A DNA stretch of 61,090 nt from a virus (Duplodnaviria > Caudoviricetes): the IMG/VR virus record IMGVR_UViG_3300025407_001003, positions 1 to 61,090 of that record, one strand, 5' to 3'. Position 1 is the stretch's first letter. Each line of letters starts with the position of its first letter. Shown one piece after another: positions 1 to 8,477 of this stretch. The notes beneath the pieces are model-generated. The model had not been told where the DNA came from. It saw only the letters and a program-made list of their open reading frames with translations, and did no database searches. A program made the position numbers and the translations under genes.

Positions 1-1
1 T

Positions 2-358
2 GTTAGAGTATCTATAGATTCATTTATAGGTAATTTAATACGATATTATAAATGGTATGACGATATCGATGTATCATTAGATTTTTATAATATAAAAATA
101 ATATACTATGAAGATTTTGTTAGTGATTATCTATATATAGGAAAATCGTTTAATTTTCTCGATATACCATTATATAGTACGTACACAAATAAATCACCAT
201 ATGATTATAAAGATATTATTTTAAATTGGAAAGATTTATATTCTATATATAATAATGCAATTGCTTACAATAAGCACGGATTTGAAAGTTTTGACCAATA
301 TATGAACTATTATATATTAGATCAATATAACGATAGAGACGATAAATTTAGTTTATGA
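2..358 (+). CDS. 5'-truncated ORF, possibly sulfotransferase-like C-terminus
   Basis: Open frame from window edge to TGA 356-358; IIYYEDF and DYKDIILNWKDL resemble P-loop sulfotransferase C-termini; not in ORF track. Confidence 0.45.
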   Translation, partial: VRVSIDSFIGNLIRYYKWYDDIDVSLDFYNIKIIYYEDFVSDYLYIGKSFNFLDIPLYSTYTNKSPYDYKDIILNWKDLYSIYNNAIAYNKHGFESFDQYMNYYILDQYNDRDDKFSL

Positions 359-546
359 AAATTTATATTGTAATTGAAATGCACGTAGCAACCGGAAGAA
401 TTCTAAGAATTGTCGAAGTATATGACAATTATGAATCAGCATTAGCATATGTTGATAGTTGGAAAAAACTTTTCAAAAAAGACGACCCTTACAAATTTGA
501 AATTATCGAAAAAGATGTAGTAACTAACGATGTTGCCAAAAATTAG
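355..546 (+). CDS. hypothetical protein
   Basis: 63 aa, ATGA overlap with upstream ORF. Confidence 0.6.
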   Translation: MKIYIVIEMHVATGRILRIVEVYDNYESALAYVDSWKKLFKKDDPYKFEIIEKDVVTNDVAKN

Positions 547-1507
547 ATAAATCATACTTAACTGAGTTGTCTTTTGATCGAATGAATTCTTTTTCTGCTT
601 GATAAAATGTTGACTGTTGAACAAAAAGAGGAACTTGACTATAATCAGTGACAATATCCAATGCTAGATTTTTATTAAATTCTAGTTTTTCTTTAATCTG
701 ATTATATTGAGAAACTAAGTTATTGTTAGAAATATTTTTCATATTTTCAACAATCATATTTGTTCTAAGAGTTAAATCATCAACTCTATCAAATTTATAA
801 TCGATAATTTCATCATACAATAAAAAACCTAAATTTTCTAAATGTTTATGATATCGAGGTAATGCTAACGCAATAAAGGGCTTTCCTAGCAATAACGGAA
901 TCCAAGTTTTTTCAGTTACAATACCTCTTCTAATAGTAGATTCAGGAACAAGTTGAAAAAATGAATAGGCATATTCTTTGGGAACAGTAAACATATTATT
1001 CCAACCGTCAAATGAATCGGTTAAAGATAATCTTACTTGATTCCAATATTTCCATTCGTAATTTGTTGGATTTTCAAGACGATTCCATGAGATTGCATTA
1101 CTTTCGATTAAATTTTCTCTAGATAAAAAATCAATTAATTGACATCGATGATAGTGTGCATTGTGATTTAAACTGAGAAAGGGATATTTAAAATTAGTGT
1201 TTGACGAAATAAGATCAACATCGTTATGATTTAGAAACATGGCTGTTAATGTTCCTAAATATGTACTCCATTGATGAACTTTACCGATCATACAAAATTG
1301 TCGAACATCATTTAATTCATGTCCACCTAATACAAAATTAATATTAATTTTATCACTGAGAGAATGGTCCCATTCTCTCCACCATGCTCCTAGGACATCA
1401 AATTCATGTGCATTAAACACATTAATAGCTGTAGGATTAAATTTTTCGATGTCTTGTTGTATTATTTTTAATGAAAGGTTTAGTCGATTGTAATTTAAAG
1501 TTGTCAT
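524..1507 (-). CDS. putative glycosyltransferase (GT10-like 'TEK' motif phage family)
   Basis: PES...VTEKTWIPLLLGKPFI...LGFLLYDEIIDYKFD; paralog of 3921..5210. Confidence 0.55.
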   Translation of the reverse strand: MTTLNYNRLNLSLKIIQQDIEKFNPTAINVFNAHEFDVLGAWWREWDHSLSDKININFVLGGHELNDVRQFCMIGKVHQWSTYLGTLTAMFLNHNDVDLISSNTNFKYPFLSLNHNAHYHRCQLIDFLSRENLIESNAISWNRLENPTNYEWKYWNQVRLSLTDSFDGWNNMFTVPKEYAYSFFQLVPESTIRRGIVTEKTWIPLLLGKPFIALALPRYHKHLENLGFLLYDEIIDYKFDRVDDLTLRTNMIVENMKNISNNNLVSQYNQIKEKLEFNKNLALDIVTDYSQVPLFVQQSTFYQAEKEFIRSKDNSVKYDLSNFWQHR

Positions 1508-1530
1508 AGTGTTATTTAATTAAGAAATCG

Positions 1531-1558
1531 TTGACAGATAAATAAAAGGCTGTATAAT
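1531..1558 (+). promoter_or_regulatory. sigma70-like promoter upstream of tRNA-Glu
   Basis: TTGACA-N16-TATAAT. Confidence 0.7.
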
Positions 1559-1615
1559 ACAGTACATAAGTTAGGGAAATAACTAACTTGCTCTTTAACA
1601 ATTTAATTTTTATAT

Positions 1616-1687
1616 GCTCCCGTCGACTAGCGGTTAGGTCATCGCCCTTTCACGGCGGCGACACCGGTTCGAATCCGGTCGGGAGTA
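1616..1687 (+). tRNA. tRNA-Glu(TTC), no encoded CCA
   Basis: Acceptor GCTCCCG/CGGGAGT, anticodon loop CT-TTC-AC, T-loop TTCGAAT; followed by CAC rather than CCA. Confidence 0.9.
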
Positions 1688-1703
1688 CACTTTTAATAAA
1701 TAC

Positions 1704-2330
1704 ATGATGAAAACAATTTTTTATCTGTATCAAGTTACAAACACAATAAACAACAAAATTTATGTTGGTGTTCATAAGACAAAAAACATAAATGATGGCT
1801 ATATGGGATCTGGAAAGATCATTAAATCAGCTATTAAAAAATATGGAATTGAAAATTTTCAAAAAGATATACTTGAATTTTTTTCGACAGAAGTTGAAAT
1901 GTTTAATCGAGAAAAAGAGATTGTAACAGAAGATTTTTTAGCACGAGAAGATGTTTACAATTTAAGAAGAGGAGGTCACGGGGGTTTTGATCATATAAAC
2001 AGCAAACCTTATACAATGACACCTAACAGAACAATCGGGCATCAAAAAAGAAGTGAAAAACTCAAAGGCCGAAAAAATATCGTATTGAGTGAAATACTTA
2101 AACAAAAACATAAATTAGGATCTGTTAAGATTCCTGATTGGACTGGTAGAAAACATAAAGTTGATACTATTGAAAAAATGAGAGGTCTTAGACCACAATC
2201 TTCAGGAAGTAATAATTCACAATATGGAAGTATGTGGATTTATAATGAAGAGCTAAAACAAAATAAGAAAGTACCTATTACTGATCCTATTCCTGATGGA
2301 TGGGTAAAAGGTCGTAAACTTAATTTTTGA
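1704..2330 (+). CDS. GIY-YIG homing endonuclease (Seg-like) with NUMOD3-like C-terminal motifs
   Basis: YLYQVTNTINNKIYVGVH...YMGSG...KYGIENF; GRKHKVDTIEKM; GWVKGR. Confidence 0.9.
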   Translation: MMKTIFYLYQVTNTINNKIYVGVHKTKNINDGYMGSGKIIKSAIKKYGIENFQKDILEFFSTEVEMFNREKEIVTEDFLAREDVYNLRRGGHGGFDHINSKPYTMTPNRTIGHQKRSEKLKGRKNIVLSEILKQKHKLGSVKIPDWTGRKHKVDTIEKMRGLRPQSSGSNNSQYGSMWIYNEELKQNKKVPITDPIPDGWVKGRKLNF

Positions 2331-2331
2331 G

Positions 2332-2414
2332 CCATATAAAAACATATTACGGTTGTACTATTTGAAGTTAGTACCTAAGTTGCAAACAAGCCACAGTAGT
2401 ATGTTTCTATATGG
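2332..2414 (+). ncRNA. long-stem hairpin element
   Basis: CCATATAAAAACATATTAC pairs with GTAGTATGTTTCTATATGG (about 19 bp, one mismatch plus G-U). Confidence 0.55.
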
Positions 2415-2649
2415 TGAATGTGGGATACTGACCCACTTACGAGAGAGAGGACGGTTGTATAACAATTAGCCGTATTAGCAGAGTGAGCAAGACCGAGTAG
2501 GTACTCGTGTAGAATTAACTACACAAAGCTCGTGCAGGGTGCTTGGAAAACGGAAGGGCGAAGACACGTACCTTGATACGCCCGTCAGATGAATCCGAAA
2601 AGTGTTTTCCGAAATTGCCACAAGTTAGAGATCAGTGCTAACCACCATA
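2410..2649 (+). ncRNA. candidate ~240-nt structured ncRNA
   Basis: GC-rich, no ORF; closing helix TATGGTG/CACCATA; internal helices GTGGG/CCCAC, ACGGTTG/TAGCCGT, GTGTAG/CTACAC, GGGCG/CGCCC, GGAAAAC/GTTTTCC. Confidence 0.6.
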
Positions 2650-2658
2650 ACAATTTTC

Positions 2659-2796
2659 ATTTAGTAGTGATATAGCTCGTTAGCCAATGTACACGGCTAA
2701 CCTTGTTCAATTCGGAGTCCTGTGATACTAGTAAACAACATTTATAAAATGTTGACATCAGGCAGAAAAGAATAGTAAACTGTATCACTACTAAAT
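2659..2796 (+). ncRNA. candidate structured ncRNA closed by a 17-bp stem
   Basis: ATTTAGTAGTGATATAG pairs with CTGTATCACTACTAAAT; internal GTTAGCC/GGCTAAC and CAACATTT/AAATGTTG. Confidence 0.55.
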
Positions 2797-2835
2797 TATA
2801 TTTTAATATCTATATAGTAAATTAATGAGAACTAT

Positions 2836-3042
2836 ATGAGAATAGTTAGATTAGACACAGATGGCATGTATGGTGTTATTGATTATGGTCTTAGCTCTTA
2901 TATTGTAACAATTCGGACAGTAAATTTAGAAGGACTTAATGCTACACTTATTATGAAGTCTTTTGGAAACTGTGTAAGTGCAGAAGACTTTTTACTCAAA
3001 GTTCTGTGTAATCCAACATTTTATAAGTTACAATATAGTTAA
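2836..3042 (+). CDS. hypothetical protein
   Basis: 68 aa ORF with GAG upstream. Confidence 0.5.
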   Translation: MRIVRLDTDGMYGVIDYGLSSYIVTIRTVNLEGLNATLIMKSFGNCVSAEDFLLKVLCNPTFYKLQYS

Positions 3043-3049
3043 AGTTTTT

Positions 3050-3074
3050 GCCCGGGTGGTGGAATGGTAGACAC
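3050..3074 (+). pseudogene. 5' fragment of a tRNA-Leu (acceptor strand + D-arm)
   Basis: GCCCGGGTGGTGGAATGGTAGACAC matches the 5' end of tRNA-Leu(TAA) at 8096 (GCCTGAGTGGTGGAATAGGTAGACAC) and stops before the anticodon arm. Confidence 0.75.
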
Positions 3075-3095
3075 TTTGAATAGATAAATAGATGT

Positions 3096-3551
3096 ATGAA
3101 ACTAATAGAAGAATACATCACAGAGTCGAAACAGAATAGACAATCACATTTGAATCTGTCTGAACCGTGTATTGAACGAGGTGGTCCGCAAAATGGAGGA
3201 TTATCGAGTTATTGTAAAGGTTTAATGGCACATTTGTTAGATACTACGATTCCGTCGGGACACAAGATACATATATGTCACGCTTGTAATAATCAAAGGT
3301 GTAGTAATCCTAATCATTTGTATTGGGGAACAGCACAAGAAAACAAGTTGGACCAAAAAACAAATGGTGAAAAAACTATTTGGGAAAGAACTGTTGAAAA
3401 ATATGGCTTAGAAGAAGCAAAGAAATTACAAGCAAAAGGTGATAAATCAGCGGGCGGAAAAGCAAATGCTGGTAAACCTAAAAGCGAAGAACATAAAAGA
3501 AAAATTGCCGCAAATCATAAAGGCGGTAAAAAAAGAAAATTGCCCCTATAG
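3096..3551 (+). CDS. HNH homing endonuclease with NUMOD3-like tail
   Basis: ICHACNNQRCSNPNHLYWGTAQEN; GKPKSEEHKRKIA; TAG stop lies within tRNA-Leu. Confidence 0.88.
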   Translation: MKLIEEYITESKQNRQSHLNLSEPCIERGGPQNGGLSSYCKGLMAHLLDTTIPSGHKIHICHACNNQRCSNPNHLYWGTAQENKLDQKTNGEKTIWERTVEKYGLEEAKKLQAKGDKSAGGKANAGKPKSEEHKRKIAANHKGGKKRKLPL

Positions 3552-3618
3552 CCCAATTGGTAGAGGTGATGCGCTTAGAACGCATTCAGTGTTGGTTCGA
3601 ATCCGACTAGGGGTACCA
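3542..3618 (+). tRNA. tRNA-Leu(TAG), short variable loop
   Basis: GCCCCTA/TAGGGGT-A-CCA; anticodon arm ATGCG-CTTAGAA-CGCAT; 5-nt variable loop. Confidence 0.88.
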
Positions 3619-3620
3619 GT

Positions 3621-3800
3621 TTTGTTGTAAAGTAGATGTTGGGAAAGCAAAGCGTCGAAAACTTTGTGAGCAGGTGATCTCCGCGATGAGGCTAAACTAG
3701 TAACCTTGTACCAACTATTACTACGTACCTCTGTACCGGCCGGCCTAGTATAAACGGTTAAAATGGTTCCGAATGAGGGAGGCGGAACGTTTACAACAAA
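3621..3800 (+). ncRNA. candidate ~180-nt structured ncRNA between tRNA-Leu and tRNA-Ser
   Basis: Closing stem TTTGTTGTAAA/TTTACAACAAA; internal GTTGG/CCAAC, GCAAAG/CTTTGT, GTTCCG/CGGAAC. Confidence 0.6.
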
Positions 3801-3807
3801 TTTTTTC

Positions 3808-3900
3808 GGAAGGTTGCCAGAGTCTGGCTTATTGGAACAGTCTTGAAAACTGTCGGCGGCTAATAACCGTCCGTGGGTTCGAATCCCACACCTTCCTCCA
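3808..3900 (+). tRNA. tRNA-Ser(TGA)
   Basis: GGAAGGT/ACCTTCC-T-CCA; ACAGT-CTTGAAA-ACTGT; long variable arm. Confidence 0.95.
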
Positions 3901-3920
3901 ATTTACATAATAACTACAAT

Positions 3921-5210
3921 ATGAAAAGAATATTTGTAGTTCATGATTATTTTACAAAAGAATCAGTAATTCCAAATGGATTTAATATGTCCTATGAAGA
4001 ATTTAATGAACATCGTTATAAACTGTCTAGAACATCAAACGTTAAATTTAAAAATGATTCATTATTTCTTCAATTAACACCTATCCATAAAAGTACCATT
4101 TTATCATCAAATTTTCTTACAAAAGACGATAAAATTTATTATTTTGTACATTTAAATCGGAACGCGGGAGATTATCCTGAATTATATGATTATGGTATGA
4201 ATCATTGGACCAGTTACATTGATGAGAAAATAATCGAATTAATTAAAAAAAAGAAAGTAACATTAGCACTTTCGATTTTTATCGAGACGTTAACGTTACA
4301 GGATATTAAAATTATAGGTAATAGACTTTTAAGTCATTTAGGCGAAATTAATTTTGAAATATGGACACCTTGGACATATCCTAAAGAGGACTGGATCAGA
4401 GTTATTGGAAGTTTAAAATACTATCGTTCAATTGTTGATGTTCCTTATTGGGAGATATCGGCTAAAAAATTGTATAATACAACTGGATTGATAATTAATC
4501 ATAAAAGTAAGAAATACATTAATTTGTGTCGTAGATATACACCAGAACGAATTTTGGCACATACATATATATTATCTCATAATTTATTAGATTTGGGATA
4601 TAACAGTATTCCTAGTCATGATACTATCACCGGAAGATCGTTAATAGATGTGGCCCGAGACTTGTTAGATAGTTATTCAGGTATTTTTAATAATGAGATT
4701 AGCTTATCATTAAGCTATTGGAAGGAAAATGATCAAGGAATTACATTAGATCAACCTCCTGTATCAGATTTTGATAGGACTCTTCATAAAGATCAATATT
4801 ACGGGTTTAACAATTCGCCAGATTTAGAAAAATACTACAACGATAGTTATCTAAGTTTAATCGGCGAAGGATGTATGACCGTAGACAGTTACATGATTAC
4901 AGAAAAAACTTACAGATCGATATTATATAAACATCTTTTCCTTATTATAGGACCTAAACATACTTTACAATCTTTAAGGGAAAAGGGGTATAAAACATTT
5001 AACAGCATTTGGTCCGAAGAATACGACAATATCGATGATGATGGAGAACGAATACAAACTGTTCTAAAATTATTTGAAAATATCATTATATCAAACAATC
5101 TCGAAACCCTGTACGAAAAAGCATTACCGATTATAGAACATAACTATAATTTCATGCATGAGAGAATAGAAAATTACATAAAAAACACAGGATATCATGA
5201 AACCTCTTAA
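3921..5210 (+). CDS. putative glycosyltransferase (GT10-like 'TEK' motif phage family)
   Basis: ITEKTYRSILYKHLFLIIGP...LREKGYKTF...WSEEYD; start moved to ATG 3921 because the track start lies inside tRNA-Ser. Confidence 0.55.
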   Translation: MKRIFVVHDYFTKESVIPNGFNMSYEEFNEHRYKLSRTSNVKFKNDSLFLQLTPIHKSTILSSNFLTKDDKIYYFVHLNRNAGDYPELYDYGMNHWTSYIDEKIIELIKKKKVTLALSIFIETLTLQDIKIIGNRLLSHLGEINFEIWTPWTYPKEDWIRVIGSLKYYRSIVDVPYWEISAKKLYNTTGLIINHKSKKYINLCRRYTPERILAHTYILSHNLLDLGYNSIPSHDTITGRSLIDVARDLLDSYSGIFNNEISLSLSYWKENDQGITLDQPPVSDFDRTLHKDQYYGFNNSPDLEKYYNDSYLSLIGEGCMTVDSYMITEKTYRSILYKHLFLIIGPKHTLQSLREKGYKTFNSIWSEEYDNIDDDGERIQTVLKLFENIIISNNLETLYEKALPIIEHNYNFMHERIENYIKNTGYHETS

Positions 5211-5721
5211 TATAACGTTAGACTACGATTTTAAATTTGTAATCAATGCTGATTATGATTCCAATGAATCTAGTTGTATTAATTATCTAGTGGTAGAACA
5301 AAAAGATACTTATGATAAGTACGGCGGTCTTCCAACTAGTTATTGTTATCAGAACACTTTAATACGACAATTATGGTGGGATAACACTCAACTTGATTTT
5401 CAAGAAATTGGACGTCAATTAGGCATGGAAGTTATTACTATAAGCACTATTCGACAAGATCCAGGATGCGTAATACCAGCTCATAGAGACGAATTTTATC
5501 AGATTAAACTGCGACATCCCGACAGAACCGAATCTAAAGTTAGAGCTAATATCTATCTTCAAGATTGGAAACTAGGGCATTTTTTACAATATGGAGATAA
5601 TATCTCTACGCATTGGACTGCTGGACAAGGACATATGTGGGATCGAGAAACATTACACCTTAGTGCAAACGCAGGGTTAGAACCTAAATTTACTATGCAG
5701 ATTTCGGGGTTTATTCTTTAA
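5197..5721 (+). CDS. 2OG-Fe(II)/AspH-like oxygenase
   Basis: PGCVIPAHRD (HxD) and distal HLSANAG. Confidence 0.7.
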   Translation: MKPLNITLDYDFKFVINADYDSNESSCINYLVVEQKDTYDKYGGLPTSYCYQNTLIRQLWWDNTQLDFQEIGRQLGMEVITISTIRQDPGCVIPAHRDEFYQIKLRHPDRTESKVRANIYLQDWKLGHFLQYGDNISTHWTAGQGHMWDRETLHLSANAGLEPKFTMQISGFIL

Positions 5722-6773
5722 TGCCGGTCCAAAGTCATAACGATTGGGATCAACTAGAAGAAATAGTTGTCGGAATTGCTGATTATGCAATGCTGCCGAC
5801 AATTAATAAGAGTACCCATAGCTTTTGTTATGCAGGGGAAACCGTTGAAAACATTAAAAAGTTGCAAGGATCTCACAATCAAACCGTAATTGATGAAGCT
5901 AACGAAGATTTAGATAGGCTTGCGACAGAGTTAAAAACTTTAGGTGTGATTGTACATAGGCCAACGCCGATCGATCATAGTAAAGAATTTTCTACACCGG
6001 AATGGAAAACTACCGGATGGTATACATATTGTCCCAGAGACTTATTACTTCCTCTAGATAACACTATTATCGAATGTCCTAGTCCTATGCGAGCAAGATA
6101 TTTCGAAACTCGAGCATATTATGATTTATTATATAAATGGATGTCCGAAGGCACAAGGTGGATATGTGCTCCAAAGCCTATTTTAAATGATGATAGTTAT
6201 CAATTAGATGATCTTGTAGAACCAACACTATTAAACAAGGAAATAGTATTCGATGCTCCTAATATAGTACGATTAGGAAAAGATTTGTTGTTTCAAGTAA
6301 GCAATAGCGGAAATAAATTAGGTTATGACTGGTTAAAAAGTATTGTCGGAGATAGATATAATATTCATCTTGCAGAAAAATACTATAGTTTCAGCCATTT
6401 TGATTCTACCGTAATTCCATTGAGGCCCGGATTAGTTTTATTTAATGGTGATCGTTGCAACCCTAATTGGTATCCTCCAATTTTCGAGTCATGGGATAAA
6501 ATTTTCTTTCCCGGTGAAAATGTAGTTGATATCGGAAGCAATTTGGAAAACGGAGTTAGTCCTTGTAGCAAGTATATAGGACTTAATTTTTTATCCGTAA
6601 ATCCAGAATTAGTAATTTGCGATGAAAATCAAAATGAACTAAGGAGAGAATTAGATAAATGGGGAATTGAAACAATTGGACTTCCTATGAGACAAGCACG
6701 TACATTAAGTGGCGGATTTCATTGTGTTACTTTAGATGTTAAACGAAAAGGTAAGTTAGAATCGTATTTTTGA
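5721..6773 (+). CDS. amidinotransferase (glycine / inosamine-phosphate amidinotransferase family)
   Basis: HNDWDQLEEIVVG, CPRD, FDAPN, HFDST, GGFHCVT catalytic Cys motif. Confidence 0.9.
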   Translation: MPVQSHNDWDQLEEIVVGIADYAMLPTINKSTHSFCYAGETVENIKKLQGSHNQTVIDEANEDLDRLATELKTLGVIVHRPTPIDHSKEFSTPEWKTTGWYTYCPRDLLLPLDNTIIECPSPMRARYFETRAYYDLLYKWMSEGTRWICAPKPILNDDSYQLDDLVEPTLLNKEIVFDAPNIVRLGKDLLFQVSNSGNKLGYDWLKSIVGDRYNIHLAEKYYSFSHFDSTVIPLRPGLVLFNGDRCNPNWYPPIFESWDKIFFPGENVVDIGSNLENGVSPCSKYIGLNFLSVNPELVICDENQNELRRELDKWGIETIGLPMRQARTLSGGFHCVTLDVKRKGKLESYF

Positions 6774-6836
6774 TTTTTCTCTCTAATGTTATTGTAATCA
6801 TACTAATTATAAATAGTCGAAACTAAGGATACTCAA

Positions 6837-7901
6837 ATGATTACAAAACCAAGAGTGTTGTTTATACTTAAAAGACGACATGATTACAACCCAATAGAAC
6901 ACGATAAAATTAATCTTACTACAGGTCTATACAATTCGGTCAACTTTATGAATAAAATGTTGATTAGAGAAAATATAGAAACAAAAATTGTAGTTGTTGA
7001 AGATAATAATTGCATTGATCGCGAAGTTACTGAATACAAACCAACTCATGTTATAATCGAAGCATTATGGGTAGTGCCTACAAAATTTAGCGCACTACAA
7101 AAATTGCACCCTGATGTATCTTGGATTGTTAGATTACATAGCGACACACCATTCATTGCTGGTGAAGGAATTGCAATGGATTGGATAGGCGAATATAGCG
7201 GGTATCGTAATGTTATAGTTGCATGTAATTCACCTAAAATCTTACAGGAAATTAGAACTTATTTAAGAATTCGTAATAAGTGGCCTGAAAAACATACCGA
7301 AGAAAAAGTTATATATCTTCCAAATTATTATCCTAATTTCTATAAAAAGAAGGAACATAATTTTGAAAAAGATTACATTAATGTAGGATGTTTTGGCGCC
7401 GTTCGCCCGTTAAAAAATCATCTGTTACAAGCAATGGCGGCAATTAAGTTTGCAGATGCTGTAGGTAAAAAGTTACATTTTCATGTTAATTCAGGCAGAT
7501 ATGAAATGAAAGGCGAACCTGTGTTTAATAACTTAAAAGCGTTATTTGAACAATTAGCAAGTTCCGGACACGAGTTGATTATACATGGATGGATGCCTCG
7601 AGAAGAATTTTTGCAGATTTGTGCAGAGATGGATATCGGATTACAAGTTAGTTTAAGCGAGACTTTTAATATTGTTAGTGCAGATTTAATTAGTCAAGGA
7701 GTTCCGGTTGTAGGAAGTGCAGAAATTCCGTGGATGACTAACTGGACTCATGCAGACCCTGTAAAAAGTCAAGATATTGCACTTAAATTGCAAGCAACGT
7801 TTGACCACCCTCAAATTAATGTGTGGTTAAATCAACGAGGCTTGACAAAATACACAAATGAGACTAAACTTATTTGGAGTAGATATTTTAAAAAGAATTA
7901 A
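6837..7901 (+). CDS. GT-B glycosyltransferase (GT4-like)
   Basis: FGAVRPLKN and SLSETFNIVSAD...GVPVV; TATAAATA at 6808-6815 upstream. Confidence 0.75.
   Translation: MITKPRVLFILKRRHDYNPIEHDKINLTTGLYNSVNFMNKMLIRENIETKIVVVEDNNCIDREVTEYKPTHVIIEALWVVPTKFSALQKLHPDVSWIVRLHSDTPFIAGEGIAMDWIGEYSGYRNVIVACNSPKILQEIRTYLRIRNKWPEKHTEEKVIYLPNYYPNFYKKKEHNFEKDYINVGCFGAVRPLKNHLLQAMAAIKFADAVGKKLHFHVNSGRYEMKGEPVFNNLKALFEQLASSGHELIIHGWMPREEFLQICAEMDIGLQVSLSETFNIVSADLISQGVPVVGSAEIPWMTNWTHADPVKSQDIALKLQATFDHPQINVWLNQRGLTKYTNETKLIWSRYFKKN
7842..7870 (+). promoter_or_regulatory. sigma70-like promoter for tRNA-Asp cluster
   Basis: TTGACA-N17-TAAACT. Confidence 0.6.
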
Positions 7902-7902
7902 A

Positions 7903-7980
7903 GGGTTGTTAGCATAGTCGGCCTAATGCGCTGGCCTGTCACGCCAGAGACCACGGGTTCGAATCCCGTACAGCCCGCCA
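7903..7980 (+). tRNA. tRNA-Asp(GTC)
   Basis: GGGTTGT/ACAGCCC-G-CCA; CTGGC-CTGTCAC-GCCAG. Confidence 0.95.
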
Positions 7981-7984
7981 ATTT

Positions 7985-8072
7985 TAGGATCTTTACAGCA
8001 AACCTTAATGGAAAATAAACTGATTTATACTCAGTTTTAGAAGGTTCAAATCCTTTACAATAAAAGATCCTG
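7985..8072 (+). ncRNA. CAGCA-motif RNA copy 1 (anticodon-like arm and T-arm cargo)
   Basis: TAGGATCT-TTA-CAGCA...AGATCCTG; interior ACTGA-TTTATAC-TCAGT and AAGG-TTCAAAT-CCTT. Confidence 0.75.
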
Positions 8073-8095
8073 TTTAGTAAATACAAAAGAATTAT

Positions 8096-8181
8096 GCCTG
8101 AGTGGTGGAATAGGTAGACACAACAGACTTAAAATCTGTCGCCCATAAAGCATGCCGGTTCGAGTCCGGCCTTAGGTACCA
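8096..8181 (+). tRNA. tRNA-Leu(TAA)
   Basis: ACAGA-CTTAAAA-TCTGT, long variable arm, ACCA end. Confidence 0.95.
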
Positions 8182-8186
8182 AATTA

Positions 8187-8279
8187 GGAGAGTTGGGTGA
8201 GTTGGTTTAAACCAGCAGATTGCTAATCTGTCGATTAGGGAAACCTGGTCCGAGGGTTCGAATCCCTCACTCTCCGCCA
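8187..8279 (+). tRNA. tRNA-Ser(GCT)
   Basis: GGAGAGT/ACTCTCC-G-CCA; GCAGA-TTGCTAA-TCTGT; long variable arm. Confidence 0.95.
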
Positions 8280-8304
8280 ATTTAAATGATATATAAAGAG
8301 TACT

Positions 8305-8381
8305 TGGCAAGTAGCTCAGACGGTAGTAGCAAGTGACTGTTAATCACTGGGTCGGGGGTTCGATCCCCTCCTTGCCAGCCA
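8305..8381 (+). tRNA. tRNA-Asn(GTT)
   Basis: TGGCAAG/CTTGCCA-G-CCA; AGTGA-CTGTTAA-TCACT. Confidence 0.95.
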
Positions 8382-8387
8382 ATTTAA

Positions 8388-8463
8388 GGGGTTGTAGCTC
8401 AGTTGGGAGAGCGCCAGATTTGCATTCTGGATGTCGCAGGTTCGATCCCTGTCAACTCCACCA
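8388..8463 (+). tRNA. tRNA-Ala(TGC)
   Basis: GGGGTTG/CAACTCC with G3:U70; CCAGA-TTTGCAT-TCTGG; ACCA. Confidence 0.95.
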
Positions 8464-8477
8464 TTTTAAGAAAAGAT

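Noticed and set aside
1616-2414. Group I intron carrying the endonuclease
   Set aside because: No recognisable P7/catalytic core; too little non-coding sequence flanks any of the three endonuclease ORFs.
2410-2649. RNase P RNA or tmRNA
   Set aside because: Lacks the RNase P P4 signature (GAGGAAAGUCC) and the tmRNA Ala-type acceptor, T-arm and CCA.
3542-3618. Amber suppressor tRNA or alternative genetic code
   Set aside because: Anticodon UAG reads CUA (Leu); a suppressor needs CUA. Long ORFs are intact in code 11.
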